Shown: positions 51,436 to 63,206 of the stretch, piece by piece
How the letters are laid out: each line of letters begins with the position of its first letter
How positions within the stretch are numbered: the first letter of the stretch is position 1
Assembly: GCF_018977255.1 (NCBI RefSeq)
Contig: NW_024704742.1
Location: 1,738,001 to 1,802,000, forward strand
Direction: 5' to 3'
Length of the DNA: 64,000 nucleotides
Source: Callorhinchus milii
Taxonomy: Eukaryota
Translations under genes and position numbers: made by a program
The notes under the pieces: model-generated
The model's input: the letters and a program-made list of their open reading frames with translations, nothing else
What the model was told of the DNA's origin: nothing
Databases searched by the model: none

Positions 51436-52024
51436 AATAATAATAAACCTTGCATTTGACACAGCGCCTTCTCTTTGACCGTGCCTTCAGCTCCCCTCTC
51501 AACTCTCTACCCCCTCCTCGCTCCCTCCCTTCCCTCCCCTCACCCTGACCATTTCCCCCCTCCTCGCTCCCTCCCTTCCCTCCCCTCACCCTGACCATTT
51601 CCCCCCAATGCTCGGGTCATGACCCAACTGTGCAGCGCCTTGAGGCGTCCTCCTGACGTGAAAGGCGCTTTATAAATGGAATCTTGTTGTTGTTGTTGAT
51701 CACGTCTTCGAGACGTCTCAAAGCGCTGCACAGAATACACTGTAAAGTGAATTGACCGTATATTTTGTGGGCGAAATGCGGCAGCCGATTGCGCACAGCA
51801 GCGTCCCCACAAACAGTCGTGGACTGAGTGACCGCATTTTTTTTAAGGGATTATTACCCTCGGAAAAGAGCTCCGCCAATCAACTAACCACTAGGTTCCT
51901 ACTTACTGCTTGATAAACAGAGGCGTGTGGAGTAAGGAAAATTATCGTATCGCTCTGTCCGGGAATCAAACCCAGGTCCTCTCGCCTGCGAGATGAGCGC
52001 TCTCACCACTGAACTACAGACCAC
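51436..52024 (-). mobile_element. Full-length young SINE (long subfamily) split by an L2 insertion
   Basis: The tail piece ending ...acagcgcctt (to 51470) resumes as atcacgtcttcgag (from 51699); tRNA head at about 51955-52024. Confidence 0.9.
51471..51698 (+). mobile_element. 5'-truncated L2 3' end with (TTG)n tail nested in a SINE; contains a 46-bp tandem duplication
   Basis: ctctttgaccgtgccttc...cagcgccttgaggcgtcctcctgacgtgaaaggcgctttataaatggaatc(ttg)n; unit starting tcctcgctcc occurs at 51515 and 51561. Confidence 0.85.
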
Positions 52025-55000
52025 ACGTGACTCAGCACAGACTTGACTTTAAACCTTCAACAGTCCAGTCTTTATGGGCTGGTGCTGTATAGCAGCATCT
52101 TTTCTTATCTCGGTAAGCCATGCGGGAACACTAGATTTCATTCTTCGATTTTGCACTGATTCCAGGAGTGAAATTGATAATCGGGGTTCCAGGTTGTCTT
52201 CTTTTTTGCGTCTTGTTGCAGATATGAAGTATGTGTCGATGCTAAAAGGTTCAGCCTGTCCTCTGTATCCGGAGCCCTGCTGATAAAAGGAGGTCCCGAT
52301 CTTTAACGCCTCGAACACTGAGCTTCATGATGCACACGCTGTGCGACAAAGGTCACTTTAGGCGAATGTTTTGCTCACCCGAATCCCGTGAAGGGTCCCG
52401 AACGCCTTTTGCTTTGCAACGCTTCCTCACCGGGACACTTGGTGCACAATGAATGTGGGCCACAGGAGAGCAGTCATTAGTCCCGCACTAATGTGGTTAA
52501 ATCGCTGGTATGTAGGCTAATAGGCTGATGAAAGGTCACCTCGGTGAACTGTTGCACACCCTGAGATTGCTGCATTGCCTGTCAGAGGGCTGCTTGATCT
52601 CCAGATGATCTTTTTTCAAGCGCTGCCGTGACACGGGTGACCTTTTTACTGCAGAGTTGTTTCCGTGGCGTGGAATAATGGCAGAGCCATCATTAGGTTC
52701 CAATTTGGTGTCTCTGCCAACTGCGTTCTGACTGTGTGCGCGCAACCTCGTTCGACACCTGGTGCGCGTTTGCTTTTAATTTCTTCTGCAAACCTAACGT
52801 GCGGGAAAGAAAGTATCCGTTTGCTCCATTCTTTTCGCCCCCAAAAACTATACGGTCAATTCACTTCACGGTCTATCCTGCGAAGCGTTTTGAGGCGTCT
52901 AGAAGACGTGAAAAAGCGCTATGTCGAATGCAAGCGTTATTATTACTATTAGTTAGGGGAATAAGAGCATTTGGGGTTATTACTTGGTGAGACAAATGTT
53001 GAGACACCAACACATTTATGAGGTTATTATTGAAGTTAAAAGCCCAGGCACTCAACCGGCAGACAGAATCCAAAATGATTCTTTTGGGAAGTTGGAAGGG
53101 TAGATAGATTGATCAAATGGTCTATTCATGCTTGGAAGTGTTAAAATGTCCCTGTTCAACGATTATAATAGAAAAGATTTGCAATGACAGATTAGCAATT
53201 AGTGATGTGCAAAGAAAGGGTACACAAGTCTTTATGAAACTGCTTTCCGAGCAGTTGCCATTCATTCTACGTTCTTTTATTACAGTATTTTTATTACAAC
53301 GTTAAATCTTCAGTCCTTGCCAAGCTTTGGGAAATTATACAGTAATTAAGAACACAGACGTTTTTCATTCATTGTCAGGCCAAGACAAAACTGATAAAAA
53401 AGCACGTAAACGGGTATTTATAATGGAGTGGCAGACTCTGGTAGGAGCCGGCAGTTATTGCAGCTGTGTGTGTGAGATTTATGTGATTTTTCAATGCAAC
53501 AAAAATGCTTCCCACCACATATATGAGGTTATTATTGAAGTCGAAAGCACTCGATGGGCAGATGGGACAAAATCAATTCAATATGGTGTGAGCTGTAATC
53601 TCGGAACAAATTATTTCGTTGGAGAACTTCAAACTTTTTTTTTATTCCCCCCCCCCCCCCCCCCCCCACCTGTTTGGAATTCAATCTTCCTTTCTACGTT
53701 GACAAAATCAGTGGCCGAATTGATCTCGCTAACATTTCTAAATCAGATGAGAGCATCAGGCGACCTGGTTATTTTTGAATAGGTTTTCCGTGAATTCTTC
53801 ACAGACGTATTCCATCTCCTCTTCCTCCTTCTCCCCGTCCCTCACTGCCACCCTCGGAGGAGGAGGAATGGATTGCTCTTTAACAATCGGCGTCTCAGCG
53901 GTGGTGGGGCGGGTGGGGGGGCAGAGCTACTTCAGCGAAGTGGCTCTGCGGCAGAAAGTCTTTAGACTCGGATGGTAATGAAAGTGATTTTTTTTCCCCC
54001 CTCCCTACCGTTGACCTCCCAGTTAGTTTTCCCAACGCCTTAGTGCTGCACACACGATTGTCCCTTGCGATCAGCGGAATTTCCAGCCATCCGATATTTA
54101 AAGAGCCGAGGTGAAGGTGTTCCCTCAATATTTGTGTGAAATTTCAGTGGAAATTCCTTTGAAGTTAATTACCATCTTGTCGGGACGAGATGGACTAAGC
54201 GTTGACCGGTTGAAAGATTGATCAGAAGCTTCCCGGCCCCACGTGTGACACTTTTTTTTCAAAAAAATGGATCCGCTTATTAAATGTCACCAGTAATGTC
54301 TTTCTGGTTGTTGACTGACTTTTCCAGTTCGAACAATATTTCGGCTTCCGTGGTTTTATTTTATTTTATTTTTGCCACCTGCACTCGTCTATTACATTTG
54401 GAAGGATAACGGTTGTCTGATGTCCCTGCGAAATCCGATCCGTCTCTAAAATACTTGCTGTGATGTTTTTGTTGCTGCTGAAGCCGATAGCCGCATCCAG
54501 ATTCGCGTTGTTTCTGATATGGGGTTCATAATCACTTGGCGAAATTAATTCCCGTTTATAATGCTGCTGTTTATTATAGCAAATAACTTTCTCGCTGTCC
54601 CACTAAATTTAGTACCGGGTTAAAATCATTTACTGTCAGACATACGAAGACCGCAAGTTCAGTGTAATCAGAGCAATGTGTCCACAGGAAAGTATTTACA
54701 TAAAGAAAGAGGGTAAGGAACAGCTCGACCAGGTAATAAACTGGGCCAACTGAAGAGTGCGGATCCATTTTATCCGCGAATCCACCTGTACGCACAGTGT
54801 GCTGGACCCCAGGACCTCTGCTCGCTGCTTATTCATTGCTGCTACTGTGTGCAAACAGTCCTCCTTGATGGATCTGAGCTCCTGGGGGAATGCAGAGGGA
54901 GAGGCTTCCTCCCATCCCCTTTGCAAACTCCAGGATCGAGCAGCGCGGTGGATTTGTGGCAAACACGGGGGGGGAGAGCGGCTGTAGGGGAGGGAGGGCT

Positions 55001-56169
55001 TTCGGTCTTCACTGACCCGTCGCCAAACCCCCCCTGGAGGAGGAGTCCGTTATTGGCTGCCTTTCGTGCTCCAGGCCAAAATGGGCCAAGCGCTTCCAAA
55101 ACCTAAAAATGTCAATGCGCAAACAAGCAAATGGCCTCATTCAAGGTCTTATTAAACTTATTAAAATCCTCTTCCCCGCGTCCACGTCAGTCCGCTGGCC
55201 GGTTCTTAATCTGAACAGAGCAGTGATGCTGCAATTTGGGAGCAAATAAACAAGCTGCCCCTGATGGCCCATTTAGCCCCCGGAGGAAAAATGGCACGTA
55301 CTTTATCTGTATTCTTTTGATGTTGTGCCATTTCATCGCCCATCGAGTGGCTTCATTAAAGGTGCACTGGTGAGAATAAGAACGGAGTAATTTCTCAATT
55401 ATTTTCCGCCCTTCCTTTTAATGCTGAAAGGCTTGGTAATCATGCAGTCGCAGGATTAGAGCCAACCTCAAGCTGTTTAATAGAGATTGTTGTGTTTGCT
55501 TCAGTATTTTCCTGTCATTAGCACACTTTCAGTCTCCTAGCAGCCGAATTGGGATCACAGTGCCCATTTATCATCTTGCAGCATGATCCACGTCTTGCAG
55601 GACAAAGTTAATGAGACTCTCTTTCTCCCCGCCACCCCCCAACGCACCCCCCCCCCCCACCCTCTTGCTCACTTGCAGAAAAATACAGACGTAAACGTTA
55701 ACCCTTTCGCAGCTTTTGTTTTCACCCGACCCGTAACAGTCGGACATATTCGCGTTCCACACGGGGTGAACAAAAACGAGCCATTTCGTGAAGCGATTTG
55801 AGGTGATGACAGACTCCCCCAAATCTGTTCCACAAATGCTACGTTTTCCGTTCCGATGTCTATGAAAATCAAGTTATAAAATGGAATCTGAAGTCGAGGC
55901 AGATTGCAGTACGCGTTATTCTCACAGGCTATTCTCTGTGTAAAAAAAAAGCATTGCTCTGCAGCCCTTATTTGCTTCAGTAGCTTTAGAGAGGTTATGG
56001 GAGTCTTCTATTATTTAAGAGAATGATCTCAGAAAACGCAGGAGCATTAGCAGTTAAAATAAACTTTTTTTTAGCAATTTTTGGTGGTCAGGCAAGTTCA
56101 CATTTTTTTTTCCTTATTGCTGCTGCTTTTCTTAGTTCACCGCTAAGTCATACAATACAATAAACTTTA

Positions 56170-56640
56170 GATTTTTGCAGCCCTCTTTCACGGCGGGGAG
56201 GTTGTCCCAAAGCGCGTAACTATACTTGCTGGGCGCCCGAGCTGGGGGAGGAAAAAATGACCAAAGAGGTTGGTTTTGAGACTGACCTTCAATGACTTGA
56301 GGAAGGGAGCGAGTCAGAGGGACTCCAGGATGGATTCCATCGAGTGGCGAGTGGGGCAGGTAAGGGTGAGGGTCATCAATCAGTCCGGTCGGCCAGCTGA
56401 GCGAAAGGAAAGGCCAGGTTGGTTGGGTTTTGAGGAGGTCACATCGCCAGGGTGGGGTGCGACCATGGAAACCGAAGGAGACTGTGCGTCCGTCCAGGTT
56501 GATGCTGTCGGCGTCAGGCAAAAGCAGGAGAGTCTCTGTTTTGTCGGCGTTCATCTGGAAAAAGTTAGAGCTCCGACTGTCAGCGTGAGGAAAAGGGCAG
56601 CGGGGAGCGAATGGGAAGTCTGCGAGTGATGGAGTGCTGT
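56170..56640 (-). mobile_element. L2 LINE remnant with internal deletions (end of RT region plus 3' end)
   Basis: Minus-strand NFFQMNADKTETLLL (L2 LNxxKTE motif), then 3'-end text ending gcgctttgggacaacctccccgccgtgaaagagggc. Confidence 0.65.
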
Positions 56641-57109
56641 CTCACACCCACATCTCTATCGCAGTGTGAGCTGTGTTGACGAGCGTTGGCCACCCTGCAG
56701 CTACGTGCATAGACAATATTGTGACCACACAGTCTATGCACATAGCACAGTGTGGGCATCATATGAAATAAGTTCATACTTACTCAGCGTTAACTCCATA
56801 TAACAATTCGAAAACACACACCGTTATTGGGGGGGAGCAAAAGAAAAATACACAGCCAGAATCTTTATTGTCCAAACCGAGTCATTTTCTTGTCAGCCTC
56901 AATGATCAGACTCTGAACGTGCGATAAGGAAAAAATATATAAAAGGGATATAACGATAATTTGTCAAGATCGTATTCTGCCTGATTTTTTTTTTAATCTG
57001 GGTTGATCGACATTTAATTAAGGGTGAGTTTCGCGCCTTCGGTCACCTCCCCACTCCCCCCGGCTCGGTGTCATGCTCTCCTGTTGTGAGGGGAGCGATA
57101 TAAATGCAA

Positions 57110-57430
57110 GTCCTGTAGCTCAGTGGTTAGAGCACTCGCTTTGCAAGTGAGAGACCTGAGTTCAATTCCAGGCAGAGGGCGAAACCTTGGGCAAGTTTCC
57201 TTACCCCACACACCTAATAATAATCCCTTCAAAAACCAAAACAATAATAAATTGGTCATTTTCAATCTACGACTGTTTGTGGGACATTGCTGTGCGCAAT
57301 TGGCTGCCGCGTTCGCCCACAAAAAATATACAGTCAATTCACTTTACAGTGTGTTCTGTGAAGCGCTTTGGGACGTCCTCCCGATGTGAAAAGCGCTACA
57401 TCAAATGCAAGGATTATTATTATTATTATT
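57110..57430 (+). mobile_element. Essentially full-length SINE, short subfamily
   Basis: gtcctgtagctcagtggttagagcactcgc (A box)...gagttcaattcc (B box)...cacacacct|aataataatccc...Deu segment...(TTA)n. Confidence 0.9.
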
Positions 57431-57815
57431 AAGTTGTTGTTGGATTTTTTTTTTTAAATGTTAAGATGTTAACAAGAGCCGATCTGTAAACTCACTTGTG
57501 CAGCACTCAGTGAAACGATACTCTGCTACCTCGTCTTTTTTCTCCCTCCCCCACCCCCTCTCCGTTAAGAAAGCTTTATTTTTATCTGGTACAACAGCTC
57601 GAGGATGTGCTGTTTGGATGCTATCTCCTTCAGAGCAAACTAGGGCTGCGAGCTCAGTAGCCGAAATAGTACTTATCTGAAGTGACTGCCTTACAGATCG
57701 GAATCCAACTGTTCTTTTTTTTCCTCCAGATAAATATAAGCAAAAGGAACAGTTCGTCCTTTTTTTTTTTTGCGTTTTTGTGTTTCAGTGAAGATGAAGA
57801 TTTCAAGCTTTTTCT

Positions 57816-58621
57816 GCCTTTACGGTGCTTTTCCGATGCATTGAGAATTCGATCGCTTGATCACTCCTCTCAGCCGATGGTGGTTAGTGCTGTACTGCCA
57901 TCGTCTTGTTCATGCCCACTGGAGTGAGAGCACAGGGTATTCATCTACTATTCAAACAGGTTGCGGATTCAGGCTTTTCATCTGGATTGATATTCCAGTG
58001 CAGTGCTCGGGGAGTTTGCGTTGCCAAAGATGCTGTTCTCCCCCAACTGAGACCTGTAAATAAAGTCCACAACCTGACCGGAACTCAGACTAGACTGACG
58101 CTCCAGTGCAGGACGAAGTGAGTGTTCAGTTGTCGATGTTGCTATCCTTCAGCTGAGACTTTATACTAAGGTCCCATCTGTGTGTACAGGTGGCCAACAC
58201 CCCTCCAGATTAATTGTTTTTCACTCCCTGGCTGTGTGTGGGAACCTGGCTGATGGAAAATAGCTCTTACATTCGACTGCGATACGTATCTACTTGTGAC
58301 AGTAAATCGTGAAATGCTTTGATGCTTCGTGTCCCCCCAACTCTGCCCACACCACGATCAGCAGTTGGTGTTTCAGCCTATCTGCCTCCGCTCTCTGGAA
58401 CTCGATCCTGGATCCTCCGCGGCCTTGGCCTCGCCCCTTCCCTCGCTTCTTTCAAGGTCTACCCTGAAGGCGTTCCCCGCCCGGGATGGTCGATTCCAAA
58501 CGGGATTCCTGAATTAAATAATCTGGAATTGCAGCGATTCAACTGATGGCAGCTCCGTTCCAAAATGATTTGGTGTCGGAGGGAGTTCTTGCTATTTGAA
58601 GTGATGCACTTTTGATTTGGG

Positions 58622-58654
<33 letters not shown>

Positions 58655-61035
58655 TCTTATTGACTATCGTTGCAATTTGCAGCCCAAAGTGCGGCTTGAA
58701 TCAGTAAGGAGTTTTTTTAAAAAAATACATTGCCTCTCAGCAATGTTGTACGTGACAGCTGGCCGCCAGCAAGACAGTTTGACCTTGTGTTGCGATCTCC
58801 TTTAAGAGGTTATTGAGATCTTACGAGAACATGCTCATTTACAACCCCCCCCCCCGCAACTCTCGGGGTCTTGACCTGCTGGGGTTCACGCTGCAACATC
58901 AGCAGCTTGGTCAGCGTCACTGTTTTCACACGGTGCGACACTGACTGGAAACTGCGGAAGACCCGGGGCTCCACAAGAAGAGCTGTGCGAAAACTTCCAG
59001 CAGATGGCAGCGACTAATGGCAAAGCGAAGGAAGGGACGAACCCGGGTTCACACGGAACCAAGTTGCAACGAAATGTCTCGTAACATTTCGCAGGCTCGT
59101 GACTTCTTCGTGGGAAAACGCGACTGCCCTCTGTGCCGGTAGGGTCCCACAAATGTCCGTGAGATAAGCGACGAATGAACGTGCGGCGCAATTGTCCAGG
59201 ACTGTGGGAGAAATTCTCTGCTCTCGTACCTGCAAGAGATCTTCGACGCCCACCGTATCAGGCAGATGGACCTTGGCGAAACGATTCACCTGTGATAGAG
59301 AGCGAACTCGTCCCTTGCGATGCTCCAATTGTCGCGCTGACAGATGCTGAGTAGAGCTGGAGACAACGTGGTGATGGAAGGCTGGTGTGCACTGAAATTT
59401 AGGGGCAATGCCTTGCCTCCAGCCTTTACGGTGCTTTTCCGATGCATTGAGAATTCGATCGCTTGATCACTCCTCTCAGCCGATGGTGGTTAGTGCTGTA
59501 CTGCCATCGTCTTGTTCATGTCCACTGGAGTGAGAGCACAGGGTATTCATCTACTATTCAAACAGGTTGCGGATTCAGGCTTTTCATCTGGATTGATATT
59601 CCAGTGCAGTGCTCGGGGAGTTTGCGTTGCCAAAGATGCTGTTCTCCCCCAACTGAGACCTGTAAATAAAGTCCACATCCTGACCGGAACTCAGACTAGA
59701 CTGACGCTCCAGTGCAGGACGAAGTGAGTGTTCAGTTGTCGATGTTGCTATCCTTCAGCTGAGACTTTATACTAAGGTCTCATCTGTGTGTACAGGTGGC
59801 CAACACCCCTCCAGATTAATTGTTTTTCACTCCCTGGCTGTGTGTGGGAACCTGGCTGATGGAAAATAGCTCTTACATTCGACTGCGATACGTATCTACT
59901 TGTGACAGTAAATCGTGAAATGCTTTGATGCTTCGTGTCCCCCCAACTCTGCCCACACCACGATCAGCAGTTGGTGTTTCAGCCTATCTGCCTCCGCTCT
60001 CTGGAACTCGATCCTGGATCCTCCGCGGCCTTGGCCTCGCCCCTTCCCTCGCTTCTTTCAAGGTCTACCCTGAAGGCGTTCCCCGCCCGGGATGGTCGAT
60101 TCCAAACGGGATTCCTGAATTAAATAATCTGGAATTGCAGCGATTCAACTGATGGCAGCTCTGTTCCAAAATGATTTGGTGTCGGAGGGTGTTCTTGCTA
60201 TTTGAAGTGATGCACTTTTGATTTGGGATAATAATAATAATAACAATAATAATAATAATATCTTATTGACTATCGTTGCAATTTGCAGCCCAAAGTGCGG
60301 CTTGAATCAGTAAGGAGTTTTTTTTTAAAAATACACTGCCTCTCAGCAATGTTGTACGTGACAGCTGGCCGCCAGCAAGACAGTTTGACCTTGTGTTGCG
60401 ATCTCCTTTAAGAGGTTATTGAGATCTTACGAGAACATGCTCATTTACAACCCCCTCCCCCCCCCCACTCTCGGGGTCTTGACCTGCTGGGGTTCACGCT
60501 GCAACATCAGCAGCTTGGTCAGCGTCACTGTTTTCACACGGTGCGACACTGACTGGAAACTGCGGAAGACCCGGGGCTCCACAAGAAGAGCTGTGCGAAA
60601 ACTTCCAGCAGATGGCAGCGACTAATGGCAAAGCGAAGGAAGGGACGAACGCGGGTTCACACGGAACCAAGTTGCAACGAAATGTCTCGTAACATTTCGC
60701 AGGCTCGTGACTTCTTCGTGGGAAAACGCGACTGCCCTCTGTGCCAGTAGGGTCCCACAAATGTCCGTGAGATAAGCGACGAATGAACGTGCGGCGCAAT
60801 TGTCCAGGACTGTGGGAGAAATTCTCTGCTCTCGTACCTGCAAGAGATCTTCGACGCCCACCGTATCAGGCAGATGGACCTTGGCGAAACGATTCACCTG
60901 TGATAGAGAGCGAACTCGTCCCTTGCGATGCTCCAATTGTCGCGCTGACAGATGCTGAGTAGAGCTGGAGACAACGTGGTGATGGAAGGCTGGTGTGCAT
61001 TGAAATTTAGGGGCAATGCCTTGCCTTGCCTCCAG
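57816..61035 (+). repeat. Tandem duplication, two ~1606-bp units (57816-59421 and 59422-61035)
   Basis: Both units start gcctttacggtgcttttccgatgc. Duplicate ORFs in the track are offset by 1606-1608 bp. About 13 differing sites seen by eye. Confidence 0.97.
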
Positions 61036-61584
61036 TTCCTGGCAGAACTGGTGGATACAGGAGTGAAACACTTCTCAGGAAAGCATTAGTATTTTCGGGT
61101 CGGCATCATGTATTTTTGCGTTGGCACGATGTCAAGAATCTCCCTGCAGAAAGCAGGTCTAGTTGTGAGATGTTATTTTTGTGGATGAGGCACAAAGCAA
61201 CATTTTTTTTTCCCCCCAGCTCCCCACATGCCCAATCTCGCGTATGAGCACTCGTGTGTATCTGCGCGTGTGTGTGTGTGTGTGTACACGTGAGAAGTTG
61301 AACGCAAAAGCAATGGGTGGAAAGTAAATTATAACGGGGAGGAAATAATTAAGCTGTGTCAAGTCGTTCTGTTTGTATTAGAAGAATGACTCCAGGATAA
61401 TAATATCATTGTGATCGAAATGAAGAGTGCAGGGCACCGTATATCAGCAAAGACTGCGAAAAGCTACCTGTGACAATCTCATTACTCAACAGGCTACATA
61501 CAGTATGGCCTTTGTTTTTTAAAACAAGAAACTTTCAACGAGCTTTAAATTGTTTGAGACAATGGCGTTATTACAAGTGAACAC

Positions 61585-61715
61585 GGAAACAGAAGTCGCT
61601 GGGAACACTCAGCAGGTCAGGCAACATCCAGAGAGAAAAGCAAGATGCTGCCTGACCCGCTGACCGTTCCCCAGCGACTTCTGTTTCCAGATTGCCAGCA
61701 TCTGCAGCATTTTGT
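61585..61715. mobile_element. Fold-back derivative of the Penelope-like repeat (arms 61585-61628 and 61644-61688)
   Basis: ggaaacagaagtcgctgggaacactcagcaggtcaggcaacatc, a 15-nt spacer, then gatgctgcctgacccgctgaccgttccccagcgacttctgtttcc. Confidence 0.8.
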
Positions 61716-62451
61716 GTTATGGCAAATGTTGTGGCAATTGTAAGTTAAGAATACTGCCCTCCCCTTAAGCTGTCTGACGATTAGAATGAGAATATTTCCG
61801 AACGTGATTACACGTGCTGATAAGGAAACGGAATAAGAATGGCCTTGGGGCGTCCTCCTGACTTAATTTGTGGTTTGTCGTCGTCGTAGTTTTCTTCCAC
61901 CAAATTGTGGCTCCTGGCTCCTGCAGTGAAATTAAGCTTCACGCAAACATGATATGGGCAGTGTAAGATGTACGTTCAATCTCTCCTTCCGTAAGGCCAT
62001 TTGATGACAACTTTATTAACATTCCCATCATGAGACTGACATATTTCCGCGTCTCCTGCTGGAGCAGGAGGTGAGCTCTGCAGCGGCGTAATACGAACCA
62101 TCCAATGTTCTAAAATCCGACTTTAATCAACACTGATAGCCTTTAAATACCGCGGTGCCGGTGAAGGGGAAAGAAAATAAGGGAATCTTTCTTTTCAATT
62201 TGTTTGCGCACGACAGCAGGTTCACTAATTCACTACGCCTGGTTGTTGCAGGACATTTTTCAATCAAAACGAAAGCAGAAACCAGACTCTCCGTACCTGC
62301 TTCGGTCTGATTTGACAGCAACTTTATTGATGTGGTTTTAAAAAAAAAATGTCTTTCACTTCATGGCTATTTGTGGGACACTAATGTTTCCAAAATTGGG
62401 TACTGAGTTCACCTACAAATACAGTCACTACCCTTTGTAGCAAAATAATAT

Positions 62452-62785
62452 AATAATAATCCTTACATTTGGTACAGCCCTTTTTTACTTGTCAGGTGGA
62501 TGTCCCAAAGCACTTCACAGGATTTACTGTTGAGTGCATAATTTGTAGGTGAACACAGCTATGTCCCACAAACAGCAGTCATGTGAATGACCAATTTAAT
62601 TTGGGGGATTGTTGGCTAGGACACCAGGAGAAACTTCCTTCTCTTTTCGAATAGCGCCATGGGATCTTTGACGTCCAAATGAGCACGCAGACCGAACCTC
62701 AGTCTAACGTATCATCCAAAGGACGTCGCCTCCGACAATGCAGCGCACCCAACACTGCATTGGAGTGTCAGCTTGGATTCTGTGA
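62452..62785 (-). mobile_element. Old SacSINE1-like DeuSINE
   Basis: Reverse complement: aagctgacactccaatgcagtgttgggtgcgctgcattgtcggaggcgacgtcctttggatgatacgttagactgagg...ggacgtcaaagatcccatggcgctattcgaa...ctgtttgtgggac...(tta)n. Confidence 0.85.
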
Positions 62786-63206
62786 CTTCTTGTAAAGTAC
62801 TTTGAGACGCCTCAACAACACGAAGGATTGCTATTTCAAATCTATTATTATTTGAGCAATAAAACAGTATGCAACTTGAACATATTCAAACTATTCAGGT
62901 CCAGCAGCACTGAAATCACTGGCCCGGCCCGTGTGCAATTAATTCACAACTGTTAGATCTTGTGTTTTGCTTTTCTTTGTATTTTTATTTGCAGCTTCTC
63001 CTCAGCTGCCCATCTGAAGTGCGCTGTGTTTGTACTGAATACTTGGCGGTGCTGGTGAGCAGCCAGGCTGAAGCTCGTGTCCTAATACTTCTTTGAGGTG
63101 TTGGTTTGAAGACCACCTTGTTGTAATATCAACCCAGTGGCTGTGAAACTCACTGGGCTCACTCCCTGTAGTCCATTATAAGCTCTCACTGGCTCAGGTC
63201 CACCAC

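Noticed and set aside
52524..52555. ctgatgaaaggtcacctcggtgaactg as another hammerhead
   Set aside because: Has CUGAUGA and a small hairpin but no GAAA box or helix I/III, and lacks the flanking Penelope-type sequence.
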